Shown piece after piece: positions 20,622-30,100 of a DNA stretch of 64,000 nucleotides. A program made the translations under genes and the position numbers. Every line of letters starts with the position of its first letter. Positions within the stretch are counted from its first letter, which is position 1. The notes under the pieces were generated by a model. The model was not told the DNA's origin. It searched no databases and saw only the letters and a program-made list of their open reading frames with translations. This stretch comes from an uncultured Gemmataceae bacterium (lineage in GTDB: Bacteria; Planctomycetota; Planctomycetia; Gemmatales; Gemmataceae): assembly GCA_963750165.1 (NCBI GenBank), contig CAVVPN010000011.1, positions 1,472,001-1,536,000 on the forward strand. Reading direction: 5' to 3'.

Positions 20622-21053
20622 GTGAAGCGCAAGGCGTTGATGCTGGCGGTGACGGTCCTGACCGCGGCGGCCGCGGCGCTGGCGGGCGGCGCCGGCTCCA
20701 GCGACCGGGCCAAACTGCAAGGGAAGTGGGAGTTGACCGGTGTTCGCATTGCCGGCAGTGACATCCCCGCCGGTTCGGTTCGACTCGTGCTCACCTTCCA
20801 GGGCGACAAGGTCATTGCCTGGAAAGACGATAAGAAGGAAGAGGAAACAACCTACACCCTGGACGAGACCAAGAAGCCCAGGCACCTGACCGTGGCCCGC
20901 ACCGCCAAGGAAAAAGAGATGCGCGCGGTCTACCAGGTGGACGGCGACACCCTGAAAATCGCGGTGTCTGCCAAGGGGACCGACGGCGACCGCCCCGGCG
21001 CGCTCGACGGCCCGGATGCCGTGCTGTTGCTGTTCAAGCGTGTCAAGAAGTAG
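20622..21053 (+). CDS. TIGR03067 domain protein 3
   Basis: Signal peptide, LQGKWEL, LDETKKPRHL and VYQVDGDTLKI motifs. Confidence 0.85.
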   Translation: MKRKALMLAVTVLTAAAAALAGGAGSSDRAKLQGKWELTGVRIAGSDIPAGSVRLVLTFQGDKVIAWKDDKKEEETTYTLDETKKPRHLTVARTAKEKEMRAVYQVDGDTLKIAVSAKGTDGDRPGALDGPDAVLLLFKRVKK

Positions 21054-21140
21054 CTGCGCCCATTGCCGGGCAGGGGACTGGGTACAATCGCCCGTGTCGG
21101 AAGCGTCGGACATTCGTTCTCTGGGTTGAGGAGTGTGCAT

Positions 21141-21554
21141 ATGAAGCGGACAGCGTGGCTGGCGGTGGCGGCGATGGCGGCGACGGCCTGGGCGGTGACG
21201 GCCCAGGGCGCCGGCTCGGGCGACCTGGCCAGGCTCAAGGGCGCCTGGGAGGTGACCTCCCTCACCTTCGGCGGCAAGAAGATTGAGCTGCCGGCCAAGA
21301 CGAAGTTCACCTTCGATGGCGAGAAGGTCCGCTTCGAGAGCGGTAACGAGAAGAAGGAAGGCACGATCAAGCTGGACGAGAACAAGAAGCCGAAACAATT
21401 CACGATCTCGGAGAACGGGAAGGTGCAGATGAGTGGTATCTACCAGCTCGACGGCGACACCCTGAAAATGGCCGGCGGCAACCCTTCGAAAGTCCCCAGT
21501 GGCTTCGACGACGACAAGGCGGGCCTGTTCACGCTGAAGCGCATCAAGAAGTAA
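21141..21554 (+). CDS. TIGR03067 domain protein 4
   Basis: Signal peptide, LKGAWEV, LDENKKPKQF and GIYQLDGDTLKM motifs. Confidence 0.85.
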   Translation: MKRTAWLAVAAMAATAWAVTAQGAGSGDLARLKGAWEVTSLTFGGKKIELPAKTKFTFDGEKVRFESGNEKKEGTIKLDENKKPKQFTISENGKVQMSGIYQLDGDTLKMAGGNPSKVPSGFDDDKAGLFTLKRIKK

Positions 21555-21580
21555 GCCCCGGCGCAACCGGCGGTCCTGCT

Positions 21581-21634
21581 TCGGCAAACGTCATCCTCCT
21601 GACGCTGAAGAAGCACAAGGCGGAGAAGAAGTAG
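21581..21634 (+). pseudogene. Orphan C-terminal remnant of a fifth TIGR03067 gene
   Basis: Reads SANVILLTLKKHKAEKK*, like the paralog endings (LFTLKRIKK*, LLLFKRVKK*), with no start codon. Confidence 0.5.
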
Positions 21635-21720
21635 CTGCGGGCTCGGCAACAAGCACGGCCGCGGTGCGGAAAAAACGTCCTGCACCGCGGCCGTGCTTGT
21701 TTCGAGGCGAACGCACCGGC

Positions 21721-21939
21721 TCAGACGACCGATTCGGGCAGGGCGTCGAGCGGCAGCGGCACCACGTCGTCGCCGACGACACGGGCACGCCAGGTCTGGT
21801 TGCAGGATGGGCACTCGAAGGTGGCGACGTTGGTGGTTGGCGTCAGCGAACGCCAGGAGTCAGTGTCGCGGGACGGCAGCAGACTTCCGAACCAGTTACA
21901 GCCGAAGTGCGGGCAGTGAACCAGGTAGCTCGTCAGCAT
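21721..21939 (-). CDS. Small Zn-ribbon-like protein (72 aa)
   Basis: GGAGG RBS; CPHFGC and CPSC motifs. Confidence 0.7.
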   Translation of the reverse strand: MLTSYLVHCPHFGCNWFGSLLPSRDTDSWRSLTPTTNVATFECPSCNQTWRARVVGDDVVPLPLDALPESVV

Positions 21940-22272
21940 GACGCACCTCCGTGAAGGGAGAGGAAACGACGATAGGTGAAAGAAATCCTAACAGGGCTCA
22001 GCGGGGTTCACAACTGAAATTTTGGGAAAATTAGAACGGCAGGCTACGCTTCTGATCGTTTGTTCAACCAACGTCGTCGGAAAACAAGGCGGTAGGAGAG
22101 TTTGGGCGGTGAGTCGGTAATGTTGCCAAGTTGACGCAATGCAAGCAGCCACAATGAGAAGGCGCTTCGGCGCCGAAAAGCCGGCGCAGCATCAATCCGC
22201 AGAAAAACCTGGAGATCTGAAGGCTGGCAACATTACCGACCCACCACCGACGACTGAAGAGATCAAAGCATA

Positions 22273-22305
22273 AGCCCTGACGTAACTCGTTGTTATGTCA
22301 GGGCT
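22273..22305 (-). terminator. Hairpin directly downstream of the tRNA fragment
   Basis: agccctgacgtaac / gttatgtcagggct, 14-bp stem with one mismatch. Confidence 0.45.
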
Positions 22306-22311
22306 ATTGAG

Positions 22312-22353
22312 TGCCCCCTGTAGGACTCGAACCTACAACCCGCTGATTAAGAG
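22312..22353 (-). tRNA. 3' half of tRNA-Lys(CTT); probable att site at a genomic island boundary, not a functional tRNA
   Basis: Minus strand CTCTTAATCAGCGGGTTGTAGGTTCGAGTCCTACAGGGGGCA gives the anticodon loop, T-arm and acceptor 3' strand. No D-arm or 5' strand upstream. Confidence 0.85.
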
Positions 22354-22447
22354 GCACAACAGCCCTGTCCATTGCTGGACCTGCAACCCTTGATCTACTA
22401 AGAGTTTACAGGATTGCCCATCGTTTGCAAGCGTGTGCGGACGCTTT

Positions 22448-22525
22448 CTTCCGCATGCGAAAAACACTGGAAATTCCGCGGTTTGCGGAAGTGCTGCGGA
22501 AGAAGCGCGGAAGACTTGCGGAAGC
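22448..22525. repeat. Four GCGGAAG direct repeats at ~11-bp spacing plus one inverted copy; candidate integrase arm-type sites
   Basis: tgcggaag at 22484, 22495 and 22517, gcggaag at 22507, cttccgca at 22448; all within ~170 bp of the tRNA fragment. Confidence 0.55.
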
Positions 22526-22534
22526 ACCTGGGGT

Positions 22535-22780
22535 TTAACAGGCCCTCATCGCGGAGAGCACAACTCGCAGGAACGCCGCCGCCTTTCCGTGGACGCCCGG
22601 GGCGCCGCTCGCGCGCGGCCCGGCGACGTTCAGCACCGATGCGGCGGTAGCCTTGAGCCAGTCCACTACGGCGGTGGCGTCCGGCTCGTCGCCCAGGTCC
22701 ATCACCAGGTACGGCTTGCTCAGCCGGCGGCACACCTCGACCGTCAACTTCGTGCCGCCGGTCGGTGAGCCGGCACTCAA
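22535..22780 (-). pseudogene. C-terminal fragment of a circularly permuted YpsA/SLOG ('putative molybdenum carrier') protein
   Basis: GGTKLTVEVCRRLSKPYL and VLNVAGPRAS motifs; the N-terminal SGGQTG region is absent. Confidence 0.65.
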
Positions 22781-22870
22781 CTACGAACGAGTTGAAACCT
22801 GCCTTCCCGCGATGCCACGCGGGCTGCGTAGAATACCCGCGAGCGACACGCCGCGCGGGGGGAGACCGAG

Positions 22871-23362
22871 ATGACCGGGGACCAGGCGGCCAGACTTCGT
22901 GAACACCTGCTCTACCTGCTGCAGGGCAGTGGCGCCCACCTGAACTTCGACCAGGCGATCGCCGGCCTGCCGGCCGGGCTGCGCGGCGCCAAGCCGCCGG
23001 GCGTCCCGCACACGCCGTGGCGGCTGCTGGAGCACCTGCGCATCGCCCAGTGGGACATCCTCGAGTTCACGCGCGACCCGCGCCACGTCTCGCCGCCGTG
23101 GCCGGAGGGCTACTGGCCGGCCGGCGACGCCCCGCCCGACGACGGGGCCTGGGACCGCAGCGTGGCGTCCTTCCGCGCCGACCTGCGGGCGCTGCTGGAC
23201 CTGGTGGCCGACCCGGCCACGGACTTGTTCGCGCCGCTGCCGCACGGCGCGGGGCAGACGGCCCTGCGCGAGGCGCTGCTGGCCGCCGACCACAACGCCT
23301 ACCACCTCGGCCAGCTGGTCGTGGTCCGGCGACTCCTGGGGGCATGGCAAGAAGCGGGGTAG
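22871..23362 (+). CDS. DinB/YfiT-like family protein
   Basis: [26 protein letters not shown] and [10 protein letters not shown] motifs. Confidence 0.88.
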   Translation: MTGDQAARLREHLLYLLQGSGAHLNFDQAIAGLPAGLRGAKPPGVPHTPWRLLEHLRIAQWDILEFTRDPRHVSPPWPEGYWPAGDAPPDDGAWDRSVASFRADLRALLDLVADPATDLFAPLPHGAGQTALREALLAADHNAYHLGQLVVVRRLLGAWQEAG

Positions 23363-23539
23363 GAGGAACTGTGGCCGGTCACACTTCGCGCCCGGGCGGC
23401 ATCGCCCGGCAGCCGCCGCGCCGCTTCCACGGAGCAGCATTCCGGCATCTCTTCTGTCTTTCACCGGCCGTTCGATCTGGCGGTCGATGTGACCGGCGAG
23501 CGCAACAGCGCGAGCCAAACTTCATGCGGTGGGGCGGAC

Positions 23540-23639
23540 GAATGGCGCTAGCTTAAGCGAAAAACCGTCACAATGGAGAAGATGGGCAGCTACCCATTTT
23601 GCCCAGCTTCTCGTTTTCGCCCTTAAGCTAGCGCCATTC
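23540..23639. mobile_element. 100-bp IS4-family-type MITE with 18-bp TIRs and an 11-bp target-site duplication
   Basis: TIR GAATGGCGCTAGCTTAAG / CTTAAGCTAGCGCCATTC; GTGGGGCGGAC duplicated at 23529-23539 and 23640-23650. Confidence 0.88.
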
Positions 23640-24158
23640 GTGGGGCGGACCGACGCGCGCAAGCATTTGCAGTGACATTCGCACTGCTCCGTTAGGCACG
23701 GACAAGGTGGTTCAGGTGTGATCGACGGGAAAAGCTATCCAGGTCAGCGAAGGGCGCAAGCAACCGCTGCTAGGCGCAGCGCGCCGCCGTCAACGTCAGC
23801 ACCGATTCGCTAAACCCCTTTCTACCAGTGGTATCGGGGACTCTTGTCCGTGATACCCTCCCGAAGCAGCAACCCGTACGCTAGCAGTCCGTCGCCGCTG
23901 GGTGATGGAAGCCGTGCCAACTCCGCCCCTCGAATTGATCCAGACCCGCCGCAGCGGTTGGGATGGGGGTTGAGTTTGCCACTTTGCCAGATGGTCACTT
24001 TACCCCTATCCCGTGCCCCGGCCTGGCAAACCCAGGCACCACCTCAACCGTTACACCCGGCGGCAACCGGCTCCAAACGGCCGCACACAACCAACTCGGC
24101 TGGCCGAGATCCCCGCGGCAGGCCAACCGTTTTTGTCCGACGAGGAGAACTCGTTCGG

Positions 24159-27100
24159 TCAGAGGATCTCGTTGCCGGTGTCCCCGGCATCCGGTTGTCC
24201 GTTCACGAACGCGAGGATGGCCGCATCCCGTATCTGGTCGTCCAGGAGCGTCGGCGACTCCAAAACATCCCCGAACGGGTCGGTCGAGTGTTGATCATTT
24301 ACCCGCCGACACTGCTGCTGAATCGCTGAAGTCAACAGGTGTGGGACCAATTCCGCGGCCCCCTCTCGGTCTGGCGGTTGGCTGACGGCACTGGTCGCGC
24401 CGGGCAGGCCAATCTGCGCGGGGGCGGCGTTTGCGACCTGGTCCGTGGCGGCTCCGAAGGTGACGGCGAAAGTGCCGCCCGGACTCGGTTGCTTCTGGGC
24501 CGGGCTCCCGAGGACGCCAGCGGTTGACTTCTCCGACGGGACGGCGGTTGTCCCGGCCAGGACTGAGTCCAGCCAGCGCCGGACCGCGGGCGAAATCATC
24601 GGAGTCGGTTGCTCAGGGCGGGGTAGGGGCAGTGAGAGGTTCAGGGGGAGTGGTTGAGCGGGTACCGTCCCCAAGAGGACCGACGCGAAGGGGAGGCCAG
24701 GACTCGGTGAATTTTCCGAAGCCCCCAACGCGGTCACGAAGATTGGTTTCTGTGCCGCCGGTGCGACGGGCTGTCCCTCCAACACCCCGCCTCCGACGAG
24801 GTCCGACTTCGGCGCGGCAGCGGCCGCGTCCGTCCCGTAGGGTTCGTGAAGGATGTCGGCCACATCCTCGGCGCTGGGCAGTCGCCGTACACCGACGCTC
24901 AGGGCGATCGACATCAGGTCGTGGTCGTGGTTGACATACTCCACGCCTTGCACGTGGCCCAGTTCGTGCATAACCACGGTCAACAGGTCCATTCTGCCGG
25001 CCGCGGACCCGGAGGTGGCGAGCAATTCCCCCGTCGCGCTGGCCACGAACTCCGTGTCGTCCGCCGGGGTGGGGTCAACGAACCACCCGTGGCCGGCCGC
25101 CGTGGGGTTGATAATGACGGTGCTGCCGTAGGTTTCGCCGAGGTCATCGGCATCCTGCGTGTTGGAGATCTGGAAGGTCACCCCTTGCAGTGCGGTGCTG
25201 TCACCAACCAGTTGCTCCCAGCGGTGGAGCGCCTCCGTGATAATGGGCTGCAATTGCGCGTTGGTAAGCACGGCGACGCCGGCGTCGGGGAGCGGTGGCA
25301 GTGCAGACCTTTGGTGGATGATGATGGGCTCCGTGGGGAGTTCGCAGTCGTTGAACCCGCCGGGTTCAAATTTATAGTCGTAGTCGTCGGTCTGGCCGGC
25401 AGGCACATCCTGGGCGATGCCATAGTCGGTCCCGTCTCCACCGTGGAGTTGGTCGATCCCGGGGCCGCCGTAGAGGTAATCGTCACCCGCCCCGCCGTTG
25501 AGTGTGTCGTTCCCGGGGCCGCCGTAAAGGAAGTCGGTATTGGGGCCGCCGTTGAGGGTGTCGTCGCCCCCCTCCCCGAAGATCTGGTTGGTGCCGGGGC
25601 CGCCGTCGAGTCTGTCGTTGCCGGCGCCACCGACGATGTAATCGTCGCCGTCCTGCCCGTGGAACCACACGGCATCGACGCCGGCGACCATGTAGTCGTT
25701 GCCGGCGCCGCCGAAGACCTGGATGTTGCCCACCACCCGGCCCGTGCTGAGGTCGAAGTAGTCGGGGCCGACGCCGCCGAAGGCCTGGATGTTCGTGCCG
25801 CGCACCGTCCCTTCCATGTAGATGTATGTCCCGGCGCCGCCGTCGGCGTCGTTGTAGTTCGCCTGCATCGTGATCGGGCCGCCGAACTCCAGGTCGGTCG
25901 AAACGGTGCTGCCCGGCTCGAGCACGATGCCGTCCCCGGCGTTCAACACGATCGACCCGACCAGCGAGGAAACCGTCCCACCGCCCAGGACGTACAGGTC
26001 GTCGCCGGGGTTCGGGGAGTCGTACACCGTGATCTGGATCAACCCACTGAATGACGTCGCACTCTGGATGTACAACGGGCCGGTCGTCTCGTTGATGATG
26101 ATGTTCTGCAAGGCGGAGGCGTTGAGCACGCCGAAACTCGGCGTGGCGGTGTTGACGTCGAGGGCGTTGTCGGTCGAGCCGATCGACCCTGACGGCGCCG
26201 ACAGGGTAATGCTGATGCCGTAGACGTCCGCCACCGGGTCGTCGAAGGCGTCCACGATGTTCGCGTTGGAATTCAGGGTCACGTTGCCGGCCGTGGACTC
26301 AATCAGCCCGACCCGCATGTCCCCGACCGTCTCGCTCAGGACGACGTTCCCGTTCGTGATGGCGAAGATCCGCCCCGTGCTGAGGATGTTGGTGTTGCCG
26401 GTCAGCCCGATGGTCGTACTGGAACCGCTGCGGAAGATGTCGATGTTGCTGCCCTGGATCAGCCCGAAGTTGTAGGTGGAATTGACCGCCACCGGGTTGA
26501 TGCCGAAGACGGCCGTCTCCACCACCGGCGGGGGGTCTCCCGGGCCTGGCCGGAAGTGGCTGATCACCTCGGTCAGGTGCGGCACGAGCGGTTCGCTCAC
26601 CTCGACGGCGTACCAGTTGGCTGGCAGCCCCGTTTCCCGCAGTGCCGGTTCGAGCAGGACGTTCGCCTCGCCGCCCGCACTGAGCGAGTCCACGTTGACC
26701 GTGAACGAGCTGGCCCCCAGCGTCCGCTGCAGGCCCGTCAGGTTGATGTAGGCGTCGTTGCCGGCCGCGACGTTCATGTGGGTCTGCCGCCCGCCGCTCT
26801 CCACCAGGTCCACCTGGAGCGGGTTGTTGGCGTTGCCGACGTTGCCGGACGTGGTCGTCGCGTTGAACGTGTTGGTCAGTACCACCGCCTGGGGGCCGGT
26901 CGGGAGGATGTCGCCGCTGGCGTTGCTGAGGGTGGTGGTGCCGATCGGGTTGTCGATCAGGTCGTTGAGGTAGACCGTGGAGCGGATGGTCAGGAGCTGG
27001 AAGTTGACCGGGTTGAAGATGAACAGGGGCGGCGCGGTGTCCTGGATGGTGATGAGCGTGGGGGTGAACTTCTGGCCGACGGTGAACTGGAACGGCACGT

Positions 27101-30100
27101 TCGGCACGTCAATCGTCACCTCGGGGATCGTCGTCCGGTTGACCGGGTCGATCTGGTTGATCACCAGGTCCAGGAGGGAGGCGTTGGTGATGGTGACGTT
27201 GTCGAAGTTCTCCTGGAAGCCGAAGGTCGATTGGGTGCCGGTGATCTGCGGGGTCGGCAGGCCGTTGATCCCGGCGATGGTGAAGTGCGCCGTGCCGGGG
27301 TCGGTGAAGAAGACGTTGTTGACGATGACCTGATTCGCCGTCTCGGTGTAGCTGATGTTTTGCGCCTCCGTGACCTGGCCGGAGGAGTTGATCACCAGCG
27401 TCGGGCTTGGCCCGGCGGTCAGGAACACGTCGGAGTTCCAGTCGATGTTGCGCACCGGGCTGAAGACGTCTGTGGAGTGCTCGTCGCCGACGTCGAACAG
27501 GGCGTGCGAGCGCTCGTGGCCGGGCGCGTTGTGCGTGTAGGTGCCCATGCCGGCCGACACCTGCAGGGTGTGGGTGGTGACGAGGGCGCCGGCCTCGGTG
27601 GTGATGTCCGCCGTGGTTTCGACGTCGGCGATGCCGGTGGAGTTGGTGTCGCCGCCCAGCGCCGTGCAGTCGGAGTGGGGATCGACGTTGGTGGTGATGC
27701 CGCCCGTCGTGGCCCCCATCGTCACCGTCTGGTCGCCGGTGACCTGCGCGCCGGAGCGGATGGCCACGTTGGCGTGGTCGTGCTCATCCACACGCGACAG
27801 GGCGTCACAGCTCGCCCCCAGCCCGAACGCGTTGGCCTGGGACGACGACGTGCCCTGGCTCTGGGCGAGCTGGGCCTCCAGGTCGATGCTGCCTGCGTGC
27901 AGCACGGACCCCGCACCCACCTCCGTCTGCGACAGCGCGTCGCCGGTCACGCCGATCCGCACGCCGCCCTCGTCCGTCGTCCCCCCGCCACCGTCGCCGG
28001 CGTTGGAACTGACGCCGCCGCCGCTGCCGTCCGAGTGAGCCCGGGTGCTGGCCTGGGTGCTGGTGGAGCTGTTCATCTGCAACAGGCCGCCGGCGGTGAG
28101 CTTGGCGTTGACCCCGGTGCGGGCCTTCGTGTCGTAGTTCACGTCCGAGTCGGCGCCGGCCGCGGCGGAGTCGATCACGCCGCCACCGCTGGCGTCGGCG
28201 TTGGAGTTGGTGAACTGGGTCGAGTTGGCGGTCAGGGTGATGCCGCCGCCGGCGACGATGGCCGCCCCGGCATCGACGTACGCCTGGTTGGTGTTGTTGA
28301 CGTTGGCCGCCGCGAAGGCGTTGCCGCTGCCCACGATGCCGCCGGAAGAGTTGTTGGCGTTGCCGGAGACGTTGGCGATCGAGGTCGAGGTGATGGTGAT
28401 ACTCCCGCGCGCCTGGATAGCCGGCGCGCCGCCGCCGGCGCCGACGTAGGCGGAGACCGTCGGGGTGGCGGTGGAGACGCCGCTGCCGCCGACGCCGCCG
28501 AAGAAGACGCCGCCGCCGGAGCCGGACGCGCTGGCCGTGGACTGGCCGTCGCCCGAGGGGGCATAGACCTGTGAGAGCGGCACGCCCCCAGGCCCCTCGA
28601 TGCGCTGCGGCCCGGAGGGCTGCGAGGTCAGGGCCAGGCGCAGTTCCTGGCTGCCGCCGCCCGACCCCAGGGGGATGATCCCCGGCAGCAGGAAGTTCAG
28701 GCCCGTCAGCCCGGCGGCGTTCAGGGGCAGCAGGGCGCCGTTGGGCGTGGCGGCCAGGCCAAACTCGTTGATGTTGAGCACCCGCGCGTAGTACGTCGTC
28801 CCGTTCACGAGCGGGCTGATAGGCCCGTCGTTGGCCGGCGTCAGCGTGTGCGACACCGGCAGCCCGGCCGGCCCCTGGTCGGGCGTCAGGGGCTGGGCGA
28901 TGCCGGCGTTGGCGTTGAATGCATCCGTTGCCAGCTGGATGATGTTGTCACTCAGCTTGATGACGTAGTAGACAGTCCCGGGCGTGAGACCGCCGATGGG
29001 GTGGGCCGGGTCGCTGCACTCATACCGAACCGCGTCGCCGGTCACGAAGGGGTTGGTTTCCAGGTAGATGTCGTTGGCACCGGGGGTGTTGATGAGCTGG
29101 GCGCTGTCGCCGGTGCCGTTCTGCTCGACATTTACCATGAAGCTCTTGAAGGTCTGCGTGTTGTTCGGGGCTTCGTAAACCAGCGGTTCGTTGTCCACGA
29201 GGCCGTGGAACAGGAGGTTGATGGTGTGCCCCATGCTATCGACGTTCGCCGGGGTGAACTGCAGCGGCGACGCGTTGGCGTCCGCCAGGGTCTGCGCGAG
29301 CTGGATGGTGTGGTCGTCCAGTACCCGCACGTAGTACGTCTGGCCGTTCATCAGCCCCGGGATGGGCGCGTTGCCGTCGTCCTGGTAGACGACCTGGTCG
29401 CCCGTCTTGAAGTTGTGCGGCAGCGTGGTGGTGATGGTGTTCTGCGACGGGTTCACGGCCGAGCCGTCGAACCGCGCCCCCAGGCTGAAGGTGCTGGGGT
29501 CCTGGACCAGCACGGTGTACTGCCGGCCGCTCTGCAGCCCGCCGATGCTGGGGTTGCCGTTGCTGTCGTAGACGATCTGGGCGCCGTCGGGCAGGTTGTT
29601 GTTGGGCAGCGTGATCGTGTCCGCCCCGGTGTTGACGTCCGTGGGCGGGTTGAAGGTGTCGTTGGGCGGCGTGGTCGGGTTGCCCGACTTCGCCGTGATG
29701 GACACGTCCCCGGCGGTGACGCTGGCGTTGCCGCCGACCCGCGCCTGGACCGTGGGGTGGATGGTGTCGTTGGCCCGGGACTCGCCGCTGGCGGCCGCGC
29801 CGAAGGACTTGGCCTTGGCCACGGAGTCGCCTTCGGGGCTTGCGGTGGCGGTGACCTGGACCGTGTTGGCGACCGTGGCGGTCGCGCCGTCGTTGATCGA
29901 CGCCAGGATGTCCGGCCCGACGTCCGAGTTGGCCTCCGTGGCGTCGGCACTGATGAGGCCGCCGCCTGAGCCGCTGGCCTGGGTCGTGGCCAGGTCATTG
30001 CCCACCGCGTTGATGTTCAGGGTGCCGGCCGTGACCACCGCGCCGCTGCCCAGGTACGCCTGGGTTTCCTTGCCGACGTAGGTGGTGGCGTGGACGTCAC

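Noticed and set aside
22312..22390. Complete tRNA-Lys gene
   Set aside because: The sequence 5' of the anticodon loop cannot form a D-arm or acceptor stem; only the 3' half is present
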